Source: Lama guanicoe | Lineage: Eukaryota | Direction of reading: 5' to 3' | Assembly (NCBI GenBank): GCA_013239625.1 | Contig: MU056270.1 | Span: forward strand, 496,001-560,000 | DNA length: 64,000 nucleotides | In this document: positions 13,080 through 26,054 of the stretch, piece by piece | Layout of the letters: each line of letters begins with the position of its first letter | Numbering within the stretch: the stretch's first letter is position 1 | Notes under the pieces: model-generated | What the model was told of the DNA's origin: nothing | The model's input: only the letters and a program-made list of their open reading frames with translations | Databases searched by the model: none | Program-made: the position numbers and the translations under genes

Positions 13080-13260
13080 CCTAGTTTCCGGCGCTGAGAG
13101 CAGACGAGCTACAATTTGTGAATTTATTGCACCGAAAACATGCAGACCGGAGGAACAAGGCCTCTCAGGAAAGCCGGGGCGCTTTGCCCCGCCTTCACAC
13201 GTGTGCGCAGGCGCTGTGGACGGCGTCCGCCTGGAAGCGAGTGGACGTGGTGGCAGCAAA
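13080..13260. promoter_or_regulatory. Promoter/enhancer-like motif cluster
   Basis: GC box gccccgcc 13186-13193, E-box cacgtg 13198-13203 and NRF1-like tgcgcaggcgc 13204-13214 within 30 bp; ETS-like tttccgg near 13085. Confidence 0.35.
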
Positions 13261-13664
13261 ATGAAAACCCAGTCGGTTAATTCTGGTCGCCTGAAGTGAG
13301 CATAGTTCGCCCCATTTCCTAGTTTATTCTAGTTTCTTTTCTTGTCAATAATGTACTTTTCTCTTGAACAACTTTCCCTCGGTGCTTTGCTCAGTTCCTG
13401 AAGAAATGTGAGGTTTAAGGCAACTCAGCGGAGGGGCTTCCAGCTTTCTGCCCGTTTTGATGGGACCGGAGCCCGGCCCCCAGCCGTCGGAACCCGCCCT
13501 GCAAAGACCCCAGTCCTCGGGCCCAGCAGCCGTGCGCCACCCCCGGGCGCCAGCAGTCCACATGCTCCACACGCGGCAGAGAAGGTTCTGGGCACCCTGG
13601 GCCCCAGCAAGCAGGCCAGGCACTGCCTCGGGAGGTGGCCTCCCCTCCCCCGCTGTGTGGGGGC

Positions 13665-14105
13665 TGGTGTTCGTTTACTGTTGCTACCGTCACAAAACCC
13701 CAAACCCAAGGGGCTCCAAACAGCACAAATGCGGTACCTTACAGCTCGGCAGGACACAGGTCCAGATGGTGTCACTGGGCCAAAATCACGGAGTCACAGG
13801 GTTGGGTTCCCTGAGGAGGCTGCAGGAGACCCAGTCCCAGCCTTTCCAGCTCCGAGGGGCGCCCAGTCCCTGGCTTGCGGCCCCTTTTCTTCAAAGTCAG
13901 TGACGTGTCATCTGTCTCTAACCACAGCCAGGAAGGGTCTGCACAGCTGGGGACACCAGTGCACGCTCTGGCCCACCTGGATGCGCCCGCAGCACCTCGC
14001 ATCTCAAGCTCCTTCATCCTGTCTGCAAATCCCCTCGGCCGCATAAAGCAGTATTCACAGGCTCACGGCGCCGGTGTGCGCATCTTCGAGGTCTGCTGCC
14101 CGACC
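13665..14105 (-). mobile_element. MaLR solo LTR (MLT1C/D-like)
   Basis: tgttgctaccgtcacaaaaccccaaacc...aaacagcacaaat...ttacagctc...ctgggccaaaatcacgg...cctttccagctccgagg...ccctggcttgcggcccc. Confidence 0.7.
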
Positions 14106-15904
14106 TGGAGGAGGGAGGGGGCGGGTGGGCCACTTCCGAGGCAGCCGCCTGCGGCCAGCCCTGGGGTCCCCTGCTTCTCCCTGGACCTGGTCCACACCCG
14201 TCCTTGGCCCCAAGGCTCACTGCTCGCGGCTACCACAGGCCACTCTCTTCTTCAAAAACCCATTTGCCTTCCGGGTGTGATTTTCTCTCCACCGGGGGCT
14301 GCAGGGCCAGTCTTTCCAAGTCTGCCGTGTCCCCAGACCAGAGCTCTCAGCTGCCCGGCCCGGGCGTCACGGCTGATGCCGCGGGACTGGCTCTCCGAGC
14401 AGGTGCTCTGTCCCCTCCGCACGCCCTGCTCCGGGTCCCCCACCACTAACCAGTGTGGGTCTGAGACGCTTGCTTCGAATCTCAGAAACTTCGGGGTGTC
14501 TTCCTCCCGGATTGTCTGTGACTTTCCGAGCACGCTGACTGCTTAACGCACGGCGGCGTCATTACGTCTCCCGTGATGATGATGAGAGTCTGGGTTTCAG
14601 GGACCATGCGGCGTCGGCGGCATCGGGGAGCCAGGCCACGTGGAGGGCCGCGTTACGTGTCTGGGGCAGGCGTCGTGCCGCGCGGACGGCGCCGTGGGCA
14701 AGGTTCCGCTTGCGGCTGCAGGCAGCATCCGGGTCTTACTCCTTGTCCTGGTTCCTCGTGCAGCCCCCAAAGTGACGGCCTCCCCCCAACCCCCTCCAGG
14801 GAAATGCTTTCCGAGCTCCCTCCACAGGAGTGACTGAGACAGAGTAGCTGTGTCCTCACGTCCCTGAGCCTGGGGCGAGGCCCAAGGCCACTCCCCACCC
14901 CCCAAAAGGTCGGGCCACCTCCTGGGCAGCCCCACGGGGGGATGGAATGCCCACACCTTCGGAACAGCCGCATCCGGCGGGAGGCTTTCCCCCGGCCTCT
15001 CCCAGGAGGCCGGCCTCCCACGGTGGGGTCCACGTCTAGCCGGCGTGTCCCTCGTGGGGGCAGCCCCACGCCCCCCTCCCACGTGGCCTCTTCCAAGTCT
15101 CACTCACTGTGTCTGACTCGCAACCTCTCCCTTCATTTGTCAGCTCGAGGTGCTTTCTGTGAACTGGCACTTTCAAGAAGCCGGCAAGAACAGTTACTCC
15201 CTCCCTTTTCCACAACTTGGTGCATTGAGACTTCTTTTCCCTCTTGAAACTTCACCTCCACCCACACTCTCCTGAGAACCCATCATGGGCCTGACATGAG
15301 AAATGCATGTCAGCTAAAGCTTGTGAAATCACACTGTGTTTATGGTTTTGTCTTTGATTACTGAACCATTAGGCCACGTAAAGCTGTCACAGGCTGGCCA
15401 CCTGTCTTGTAAAAACGCTTCACTCGCAGGTTTATGTTGGCCTGGGACGGTTCTCCTGCCCCTGCAGGACGATGCTTCACGAGCTTCACATTCTGCCCTG
15501 AACATCCCCGCTCCGCGCCCTCACTTCCGCGTGTGGGCCCGACTGGGCGAGTGTGCCTCGGCGTCCTCCGGCTCCCGCCTCCCGGGACCGGCGCGGCCCT
15601 CTCCCAGCTGCTCGCCCTGTGAGTGTGTGACAGGAGGGGTGTCTGTGGAAGCCGATCAGTGAGGTGAGCCCCCCAGAGACAGACCCGTGTGCCTGGTTCT
15701 ACGTGCACCTCACGGCCCACAGAGGACACACCCACTGCAGACTTTCCTGGAGTCTTTTTCAGGGTATTCGTGGCACTTTGCCCTCAGTGCAAGTCCCCGG
15801 TGACGGCGCACCTGGCGACGGTGGCACCTGAGTTCACGTGGGGGATTTGCCATTGAAGAGGTATTTCTGGAGGGGCCGGGGCCAGCCAAGCTATGGGGTC
15901 CACT

Positions 15905-16000
15905 TGGGGTTTCCAGTTCATGAGACAGTTCTATGAGGTGAGGGAGTGGGAACTAGATCTAACGAGGCTAAATGATGTGCCAAGAACACAGCGAAATAAT
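15905..16000 (-). mobile_element. MIR fragment
   Basis: acagttctatgaggt...gaggctaaatgatgtgccaagaacacagc resembles the MIR core. Confidence 0.45.
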
Positions 16001-17880
16001 CCCAGCCAGGGCCAGGAGGGTCTCCTCTCCACCGCAGGCGTGGCCCCAGGGCCTGCCGGGCCTCCCGACCCAGCGCCTCCAGCGCGGGCTGGACGCAGAG
16101 TGGACTTCTCGGTGTGAGAGGCCCACAGGGGCCCAGACCAGCCCTTCATGTTGGAGTGGACGCCAGCTGCACACCCGATGCAGAACCCGGGCTGCGCTGG
16201 CCGTGTGCACCCGGCCTCCTTCCAGAGGGGCGGGGGGATGGAGGGGTGAGTGAAATTCAAATGGAGGCTTTTGGACTTCCCTGAGTCAAAGTCCGTCCCA
16301 CCGCTCAGCGTCCCACGGTGAAGGGCTGAGAGTCAGACCGCCATCTGGAACCCTCAACCGCGGAATCACCTCCTCGCTCCACGCTCCCAGGGCTCCGCAG
16401 GGCCCCCTGGGGCCCCCATCCCCCTGCGCTGTGACCGCGGACCCCTGCCTGTCCTACCCGCTGGCCGGGTCGGGGGCCAGGAAGGCTGAACCCCCCGGGA
16501 GCGCAGCGGGCTTAGCACGTGGAAGATGCACAGTCAGCCGCCATTCCGCGACGAAGGGGTGAGGTGACAACCGATCTAATTTGTGAGGAGACACAGGGTG
16601 GTCTCGGGTAAAGCACTGAAGACGTTTGAACCAGGTTCCGTTTCTTTGCTTGTGCAGTGAATGCTGTTTGGTCCAGTCAAGTAACCGCTGAGTTCCTCTC
16701 CAGGTGTAAGACCTGTACTGGCAAACACTACACAAATAATACGTACACGTTAAAAGCTTAAAATCATGGACTCGTGTGCACGATAAAGGAGAACAAGAAG
16801 TTAATCGACCTTTTCCTGATGCAGAGTTTCAGGCAAGAGTTACTGCTGTTAAACTTAACACTGAAACGTAAACGTCAGCACAGGGACGACGTTAGCAGAA
16901 AACTGGAAAGTGGAAATAATTCACATGCCATTTGCCAAAACTCCCTGAAGCCGGAGAGGCATGACTCACGCAAGGAGCGCGGCCAGCCATGCGCAGGCGG
17001 GGCGGGGCTCGCTGCTCCCGTGAAGCGGGCGCTGGTGTGAGGTGCGGGCAGGCGTGAGCCGCCGCACTTTAGAGAAAACGGATTTCTCAGATGAACAGCG
17101 CCCTTCTCGTGGTAACCCCCGAAATGGATTTGTTCTTCCCACTCTAAACGTGAAGGAATTCTGAGTGGAGTCTCCTGGGGAAATCCAGGCCAGCCGACCA
17201 CACAAATCACCCGATGCGGCGAGTGTCAGTGTGGATTTTGTGAGCCTGTGACTGAGACAGGGTGAGGCTCAGGCCTGGCACGTGCAGGTGGACTGCACCC
17301 GCCACACACGCATCCCGACGGAGAAAGCCTGGAACGCTCGCCGAAGTTCAAAGGCCTTCAGATTTTTACCCACAAAGCAAAGCCAGACGCTGTCTAACTG
17401 GTGGGGGAGGGGTTCCTCCCTGGGCCCTCCCTGCGACTGGGGGTCGCACGGGAGGTGGGGTGTCTCCAAGGGGATTTCCGAGCTTCCAGAGCAGGAGGCC
17501 TGCGCCCCGGACGGGCTCTCCCCGGCTTGATGGAAAAGCGGAAGATGGGAGCCCCCGTCCCAGGGGGCCGCTTACCAGCGACTCTGTCTTGGAATGAGGA
17601 ACTTAGAGTCTATTTTGGGCCACAACTGTTCAATGTTCCAAACTTTGCAACGTTCGATTAAAATCTATTTCCTTCTCATCAAATCGATATGCACCCTCGC
17701 TGTGACTTTAACTCCTCCCGGGATATGTTAGGACGCTTGCTTGCTTTCTGAGATGGTTTTGCTTGTTCTTTTCTGCTCAGTTAATAATTTTTACTTAAAA
17801 AAAAAGCGGAGGGAAAAAGTTATAGATTAGGGTCCCATTCCTCCCACAACGCATCGTCTTTCAAGATAACAATGAACTAG

Positions 17881-17968
17881 GGGGTCAGGGGTACAGCTCA
17901 GTGGTAGAGTGCACACTTAGCGTGTGTGAGGTCCCGGGTTCAATGCCCAGTGCCCCCACCAAAAAAAG
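17881..17968 (+). mobile_element. tRNA-derived SINE, camelid vic-1-like (short form)
   Basis: gggtacagctcagtggtagagtgcacacttagcgtgtgtgaggtcccgggttcaatgcccagtgcccc plus A tail; A- and B-box remnants. Confidence 0.9.
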
Positions 17969-18214
17969 GTAACACGCACTTAGTGCGTAACGAGCAGCGA
18001 TGACGCGCAGTCTGCCCGGCTCCTTCCATTGTCGCCTCGCTGAGTCCTCACAACAACCCGGAGGTCAACGTCTCGTCTCTGTTTTCCCTCTTTTCAACCA
18101 TCTCCGCGCAGTCACGTGGGCCGTGCTCTCTGGTGCCCACTGGGCGCCAGAGCCCCCAGGAACGGGAGATGCATGGTGGGCCCCGCGGCCTCACCCGGGC
18201 AGCCCTGCACCTCG

Positions 18215-18615
18215 GATTGCATTTGGTGTGATGCTATTTGGTTGACGACTTTTGCGTCTCTGTTCATCAGAGACATCAGCCTGTAACTTCTCTTTTCTGT
18301 AGTGTCTCTGGTTTTGGTATCAGGGCAATGCTGGCCTTGTGAAATGAGTTGGGGGTGTTCCTCCCTCTTCAACGTCCTGTGATAGTTTGAGAAGGACAGA
18401 CAGTGGCTCCTCTTCACGTGTTTGGCAGGATTCACCTGTGGCGCGTCCTGGTCCTGGGCGTCTGCTGCTGGAGGAGTTTAAACTGCTGACGCAGCTGCAG
18501 TGCTAGGAACCAGTGAGCGCAGATTTTGTACTTCTTCCTGATCGAGTCTTGGAATATTGTGTTTCTCTAGGATTGCATTCATTTTTTTCTAGATTGTTCA
18601 ATTTGCTGCACATGG
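18215..18615 (-). mobile_element. L1 ORF2 fragment (start of reverse transcriptase region), decayed
   Basis: Translation KRSYRLMSLMNRDAKVVNQIASHQMQ matches the L1 ORF2p motif [26 protein letters not shown]. Confidence 0.9.
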
Positions 18616-18858
18616 GAGCCTCCAGGATTTTTGTTCGAAGGGAACTTGAAACCTCGGGCACCAGAACAGCGGTTTGTGCTGACAGCCTTCTGCAAGGAGG
18701 GTCACGAGGAGTGATTTTCCAGGCCCGCCGCGAGCAGGAGTGAACAGGGACGGGAAGCAAATGTGACACCCGTGGTCTGTTTACTTCCTTTATTCATGCT
18801 CTGTCTTCTGTCTTTAGATTAATTTCCACGTCAGGAGCATCGGGGGCAGCGGTTGTGC

Positions 18859-18994
18859 NNNNNNNNNNNNNNNNNNNNNNNNNNNNNNNNNNNNNNNNNN
18901 NNNNNNNNNNNNNNNNNNNNNNNNNNNNNNNNNNNNNNNNNNNNNNNNNNNNNNNNNNNNNNNNNNNNNNNNNNNNNNNNNNNNNNNNNNNNNN
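18859..18994. other. Assembly gap (136 N)
   Basis: Run of N. Confidence 1.
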
Positions 18995-19487
18995 CGCGTG
19001 CGTGTGTGCACGTATGTGCGTGTGTCAGTGTGTGCACGCATGCGTGTGTGCACGTATGTGCGTGTGCGAGTGTGTGCATGTGCGAGTGTGCACGTATGTG
19101 TGTGTGCATGCGTGCGTGTGCACGTATGTGCGTGTGCACGCGTGCGTGTGCATGCATGTGTGTGCGTGCCACGCGTGTGTGTGCACGTATGTGCGTGTGC
19201 GAGTGTGTGCATGCATGTGTGTGCGTGCGTGTGCGTGCATGTATGTGCGTGTGCGAGTGTGTGCGTGCATGTGCATGCATGTGTGTATGTGCGAGTGCGT
19301 GCGTGCGTGTGCATGTGCGTGTGTGCACGTATGTGCGTGTGCAGGCGTGCGTGTGCATGCATGTGTGTATGTGCGAGTGCGTGCGTGCATGTGCATGCAT
19401 GTGTGTGCGTGCCACGCGCGTGTGTGCACGTATGTGCGTGTGCGAGTGTGTCCATGCATGTGTGTGTGTGTGTGCGTGTATGTGCGT
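18995..19487. repeat. Complex alternating purine-pyrimidine (TG/CG/CA) tandem array
   Basis: Recurrent gtgtgcacgtatgtgcgtgtgc and catgcatgtgtg units; runs into the gap. Confidence 0.95.
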
Positions 19488-22400
19488 GGCTCCCCAGTGC
19501 TGAGCTGAGTTTAATCACATAATTAATAAGCTTCCCCACAGCTGAACACTGAACGGTCACCAACACTCCATCTTGGAACGAGTCCCTCGGGCCACAGCCA
19601 CAGCCCATCGGTGGGAGAGCCCAGCTCCCGGGACACACGTGCCCTGTGACCGTGGACAAGGTGCTCACCTTCCCGCGCGGTCTCTCCCTGGCGTGGGTGC
19701 GCGGGGGAGCCCGGCCACGGGAAAGGGCCCCATAGGGGCGTAAAGCCTAGGTGTTTCCTACCTGGTCGTGCCTCTAGTCTCCTTACTTAGAGCTTCCACT
19801 GTAACACAGCACATTCAGGCTTCACTCCCCACCCCTCTGCCCCTCGGGCAGCAGCCTTAGGGACCCCCAGGCAGAGCTCTCTCCACCCAAAACACAGAGT
19901 CCAGCTGCCAGGGGCAGAAGCCTGGGGACAACGGGGAGGTCCCTGGGGTCACGAGTGGTGGCAGGAGCTGGGGCCCCGGGAGAGGCCTGCGGGGGTGGGA
20001 GGTGACACATGCTGAGAGCAGCCGTCTCAGTCACACAGCCCGACCCCCAGGTGACTGTGACCTGCAAACCTCACTGGAGAATCTGGGCTCCACTGCGCAG
20101 GGGATTTGGGAGCAGCCCCAGGTGACTGAGATGCTTTCCCACAGGACCCTGGATCCTTAAGTCCGAACCATGAACTTGCACTGAAGAAGCCAGGGCCCAG
20201 AGGCGGGTGACGTGGCCACAGCCAGGAAGCAGCACCACGACACAGGACACGCACAGGGTCCTCTGAGCCCCTGGGGGGGACGGGTGGGAGGGGGTGCTGG
20301 AAGAGCCCCCACCAGCTCTGACCTTGCTCAGCCGAGCCCGGGAGCTTGCCCGAGGGGGTGCCCAGACCTGCCTCCGTGAGGCGTCCACTCTTCTCGGCCG
20401 GCGGTGCTGGGAGCATCGCTCCCATTACAGACGAGTGGGGTGATTCTAGTAGGCCCCTGCCCCGCCAGGGTCACTTTCCTGCTGGACCCTGGACACCAGG
20501 AGTGCAAGGTGCCCCAGGGCCACCACTCCTACCGCGAACCGTGGACACCGCAGGGTCAGCCAGAACACGAGGCCCAAGCAGACGGCTGAAGGCACCGTGG
20601 CCGGGGCCTGCCGCAGAGCCCTCCTCTCCGGCTCCACCTGCCGCTGTGGCCGGGGCTGGGGGGGAAGAGGGTTTCGCCAGTACCTGGACACGGGCTTGCC
20701 CTGCATGGTGCTTGACGCAGAACGCAGTGACTTGTCCTTCACTTCTGAGCAGACGTCCAGGCATCCCCGACCCCGGTGGTCCCACTGAGGCGTCGGCCAG
20801 CCCTGCAGGATGTCCCCCCACTCCCCACAGGGTCTCATCACAGCCCACAGAGCATTAACCACCCTCTTGTTCCGTCCAGTCGACATGAGCTCATTGGCCA
20901 GCATGACAGGCGGCAGACTCGGGCAGGCCAGGTGTGTCAGGACAAGGTCACAACAGGGGTGGGGAGGTCTAGTCAGTCCCGCCGAGCGAGCCATCTCACT
21001 GGTCCTCTTTCTAACTGGGGCGGGTGGGGGGTGCTCTGCCAACCCCTGCGCCCGTCCGTGGTCCCGAGCCCGCGTGCCCCTGCTCCACAGGCTGTGCCCG
21101 GGCCACCGCTTGGCTCAGTCCCCCTCCAGGCCCCACCTGGTGTCTGCAGGGGTCAGCCTGGCAATTCGGGGCGAGCCGGCCGGTGCCGCCACCCTACAGT
21201 CTGCTGGGTCTTAGTGGAGCACCAATCTCAGCCCCCTTGCCAACCCCAGTGAGCTCAGCTTTGCTCAGAATTACTCTCCTGAAAGAGGCTGAGGGGCTGG
21301 TGCAGGGCTCCTGTGGCTCCCACTTGGCCGTCCCCACCACGCACCCTCGCTCCGCAGGCTGAGGACCCTCGCGTGGCCCCCCCCTGCTCTGGACCAACGC
21401 CCAGCAGCCCCCGGATTGGGAGGGTCCGCACTTTGGCTTGGGTCCCTCTTGGGGATGGATGGGCAAACTTCCCAGAATGCACTGTGTTTAAACCTCCGCT
21501 CGGTGGCTGATCAAGGCGTGGGAGGCTCTTTGTGAAGAAGGCCAAGCCCCATGGACACCTGGGCAGGACCCGAGCCCCCCGCCGCCCGCCTCCCCTCTGG
21601 AGCACCTGCCCAGCGAGGACGAGACTCCAGTTCCCTTTCTTTGCTCCTCTTTGCACAGCTGAGAAAGCTTAGGACTTTCAAAAGAAACCTCCTGAAACAT
21701 CACAGGACAAGCAACAACGAATGAACAAAGAAGAGACAAAAAGCATAAAAGCAGCCTTCGAAGCTCTGACGCAGAGACCACGGGGTTCGCGTCCCACCAA
21801 GCCCGCGGCTTGTCCGATGACCCCCCTTCCCGAGTGATTCTGCCACGGGGGAGGGTCCTGCTGCCCAGGAGAGAGGGTGTGGGGCACTCTGGGGGGCCAC
21901 AGCTGGAAGACACAGCCGTCCCTCCAGAGACGACAGGGCACCTGGACTCAGGAGCCAGGCGGACTGAGGACCTCGCCCGGGAAGGTGGTGCACTTGGAGC
22001 AGCCCAGGGGCCTTGGCCAGTAGGATGGAAGTCAGCGTGGCGCCTGCGGGTGGGGCCGTGAGACAGGATGATGGACACTAGAGCAGACTGGGCGGAGCTG
22101 ACCAGCGGCTGGCGAGTCTGATGTTCCAGCAGCTGCAACCTCATCCTCACGGCCGCGGTGGCAGCGGCCCCTCCCCGCACGTTACGGGCTTGGATCCGTG
22201 GATCCTGCGTCCGTGGGCTGCGGACGCCGGCCGGGTCTGTTCTCACCGTCCAGAGCCAGCCGGCCCCCGGGCACAGGCGGGAGCCCCGGCGTCCTCGGCC
22301 TGTCTTGCAGGGGGGTTGGGGGGTAAGAAGGGAGGGAATGGGAAGAGAAGGCCCAGCTCCAGGCTCTGGGGGCGGGCGGGGGGACACCGGCGGCTCGGAG

Positions 22401-23319
22401 AAGTGGGAGGAGCTGCTCAGCAGCGTCTGCTTGAGGAGCCGCGAGGAGTCGAGAGCCGAGAACCCAGGAAGGCGCAGCCTCTTTGGAGACAGCCCGTCTC
22501 TCCCAGGACCTTCTCTGTGTTGCTGGGACCTCCCACTCCTTCACCAGCCCTGTCCCTGTGTCCCTCCCGGAAAGCAGGAGAGGGGAAGAGACCGATAGTT
22601 CCTGAACTTTCTGAAAAGCAGAATCTATTTTCCTCCACATCATGTCTTACAGGGAAGACTCCCAACCCCCAGAGGCAGGACCAGGGCTGCCCTGATCGCT
22701 GCGGAAACCACAGGCCCAGGACCACGCCCGGGGACGCTCGGGATGTGTTGGCCTGACGAAAAAGGAAGAATCCAAGGCACGACGCTGAAAAATTACTAAT
22801 TTAAGACTCCCAATCAAAGATCAGAAATACACAGATCACGCTCTCATCCCTGAAGGTCACAGGACTGAACACAGTGAACATGGAGATGAAGGGGACGACC
22901 CCGTCCCCAGTCAGATTCAGACGGGAAGGCAGCTCCAGCCCCGCGACGGGGAGGGGCGCCCGCCGCAGCAGCAGTTGGGTCAGTGGGGAGCGGGGGTCCC
23001 TGCGGCGGTGTCCCTCCCCCCCGGCCCGCCCTCACTCGCGCTTCGAGATGACGTCAGAATGCTCTGCGATTCTCAAGGGGAAAGTGTAACTGAAGAATTT
23101 CCCACCCAATCAAATTTTAGTTCATCATATAAAAATTTAGGCATAGAATAGCCAAGAAACATTTTTGGAAACTTACTTGATGACTATATTTACTAAGAGA
23201 CAAATCAAAATAAAGAATTCAGAAGTTTAGAGGAAGCAAAATGACAGAACACAGGTGGACATTATCGGTGATTATAGGGCTAAGCAAGTATATCTATTTA
23301 ATAGGATCAAATTAACTGT

Positions 23320-24160
23320 CAATTGTTTTGAAGACAACTTTTTAAGGGAAGTTTCAGGTCTACAGTGGAACTAAGAAGACGGTGCAGAAATGTCCTGTCT
23401 GTCCTCTGCCCCCACAGGTGCATCGCCTCCCCAGGCACGACATCACTCACCAGATTGTACATTTTTATCAAGGATGCGCCACATTCACACATCAGAATCG
23501 CCCCACATCCACACCTTACCAGCTTCCCCCTTCGCGTAGCACGTCCTGTGGGCTTAGGTACGTGTATGTTAACACGGATCCATCCCTGGAAAGTCATACA
23601 GGGCGGGTTCACTGCCCGCCATCCCTCGCCGGCCCCAGGCCCCAGCCACCAGCCACCGCTGCCCCTCTCACTGTCTCTGTGGTCTTTCTTTTTGCGGAAC
23701 ATCACAGAGCTGCAATCACACAGTGAGCAGCCTTTTCAGACGGGCTTCTTTCACTCAGTGACACGCACCTGCGTTTCCTTCTTGTCTTTTCATGGCTTGA
23801 TAGCATATTTCTTTTCAGCATCTAATAACGCTCGGTTGTCTGGATGGACCACAGCTGTGGATCTGTTCGCTCCTGAAGGACATCTCGGTTGCTGCGAAGT
23901 GTTGCAATGACGAGTGGAGCTGCTGTGAACACCGGCGGGCAGGCTTTTGTGTGGACGCACGTTTCAGTTCCTTTGGGTAAATGCCAAGGAGCGTGACGGG
24001 TGGACAGTTCTGTGAGAAGCCACCAGCCTGTCTTCCCCAGTAGCTGCACCTCACGTCCCACCCGCATGGAGTTTCTTGGCCCCACATCCTCCCGGCGTTT
24101 GGTGACGTCAGTGTCCCAGGCCCTGGTCGTTCTCGCATGCAGTGGTGCCTCGTTGTTTCC
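23320..24160 (-). mobile_element. L1 (L1MC-like) 3' end fragment
   Basis: ttttaagggaagtttcaggtctacag..., cagccttttcagacgggcttctttcactcagt, ggcttttgtgtggacgcacgtttcagttcctttgggtaaatgccaaggag. Confidence 0.85.
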
Positions 24161-25608
24161 ATTAACCCTGTCAGTGTTTGAAACGCAGTGACAAGTGTGG
24201 TGACCAACATATCATCACTGAATGAGGAAAGTGAGGTCACAGCTGAGAGGGTCGTGGTTACGTACGGTAATGTGTGTTAGAACCCTCCGCCGAGTAGAGG
24301 TGACGCTGATGCAGCTTACACCCCGGGAGGGCGGGGCGGAGACAGCACAACACTCAGGTCTCACGTCCTCGTATGTGCCCTCAGGGAGCCAGCGACATTA
24401 CACTGATGAACATAACTTTGTTTTTTAAATCCAAAGTTTAAAAAAATTTACGGAAAGGGGAAAGAGTGATAATTCCCCTCGTCTTTTTTTTTTAACAAAA
24501 CAATAAAAATTTCTTTCATTCACTACGTGAAACTGCTACAAATTCACTTTTAATCGCGTGAGTCCTCACTGTTTCAAAGACTGATCGAAAGTTTTATCAA
24601 ACCTGTTGCCTTAACCAGCTGAGCTGTATTTTATATGACCCTATAGGAACGAGTCGGGAACAGTGAGCATCGTTCTGTGGCTGCATCACCACAACGTGTT
24701 CCGATGCCACGAGTGAGTTACAGAGCTTGCTGGGGCAGAGTAGCTTTCTGAGAAAATGAAATGCAATAGAACAGAAGGGAACAGAAAACACCGGCGAACC
24801 GCAGGCAATAAAGATACGCCCTGGGCTGCGATGAGACGGCACTTCTTACGGAGCAGGTGCTGGGGGCACAGTGCCAACAGGACTGGCCCTTCGCAGCCCT
24901 GGCAGAGCGCACAGTTCACGGGGGCAGGTGGACGGGAAAGAAGCAAGCGAACACAGAAGCCAGCGGCGCCAAGAGGGAGCGGAGGGGATGCTGGGAGGAG
25001 GTCACCGGGGTGGCGGCTGCGGCCCCCCTGTGGGACTCGTGGCCGGAGCGCTCACCCCCAGGAGGTGAGGCTCGAGGTCCAGGTGGAGGATGCGAGGGAA
25101 GGTGCAGGGCACGCAGGTGCGGACCCCACGCTCTGGGGACGGGACCGGCGGGGACTCCGCAGGGCGGGGCTGGTGAGGCGGGCGGGAGCCAGGCCCCAGG
25201 TGTCCGGGCCAGGGGAGGGGTTTGCCCTGAGTCCAGTGTGAGGCCACTTTTGTCAGGGCAGTGTCGTGTCAGCACAGTATAAAGACACTGTCGTGGCTTC
25301 TCAGCACAGGGGGACGGAGAACAGGGCAGGTGGCCTCCCTGGGGTTTCAGAAGGACAAGGGGAGGGGGTGGAGGAACCTGCCCTGGGTCTGCAGGCGGAC
25401 AGGGGGCTACGCAGCAGGAGGGAGCGCCCAGACGACGGCCAGCCTTGCCCGCTGGGTGACGCCAGCACCATCTGCGCGTCCGCAGACCTGCTGAGATGTG
25501 GGCGGCCTGATGTGGGATCAGCCTCGGCCTCGTGGGGTCTGTGGCACACACCGTGTGTTGGCCTGACTTTGAGCGACATTCTAACTGTGCACTTAAGCGT
25601 TGTGCATA

Positions 25609-25940
25609 AGGCTGAGCCTTGAACAACGTGGCTTTGACCCGTCTGTCCACTTGCACACAGATTCTTTTCAATAAACACGTATATGTACTATAAATGTATT
25701 TTTTCATGACTTTCTCAATACCATCTTCTTGTCTCTAGCTTGCCTTATGGTAAGGATACGGCATATGATACACACACAGAGTGGGTGCAAGTCGACTGTG
25801 GTGTTATCACTAAGGCTTCTGGTCAACACCGAGCTACGGGAAGTTAAGTCTGGGGGAGTCAAAGGTGCAGGTGGATTTTCTGCTGTGCAGAGTGGGGGTC
25901 GTGCCTGCCTCTAGCCCCCACATTGTTCAAAGATCAACTG
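25609..25940 (+). mobile_element. TcMar-Tigger non-autonomous DNA transposon (Tigger2a/MER28-like)
   Basis: Decayed TIRs aggctgagccttgaacaac / ttgttcaaagatcaactg, flanked by TA and CA; internal taaggcttctggtcaaca...agttaagtctgggggagtcaaa. Confidence 0.85.
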
Positions 25941-26054
25941 CACACACATTCCTTGTAACTCTGAGCTCTTCAGTTTATGCCGAAAAACCTGGAGCCTCGT
26001 CCCTGCCCTCTAGAGTTCTCTTCTGACCTGATAGTTCCAAACGGCATTTCATAC

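Noticed and set aside
17881-17968. tRNA gene
   Set aside because: It has the SINE G-rich leader and A tail, lacks a proper acceptor stem, and two further diverged copies occur in the window.
18112-18435. Functional reverse transcriptase gene
   Set aside because: A short, frameshifted, degenerate L1 ORF2 remnant.
18814-19668. Long His/Thr- or Cys/Val-rich ORFs (also at 27-28, 41, 46 and 54 kb) resembling metal-binding or keratin-associated proteins
   Set aside because: They are direct translations of CA/TG simple repeats, open in several frames at once, and some run through N gaps.
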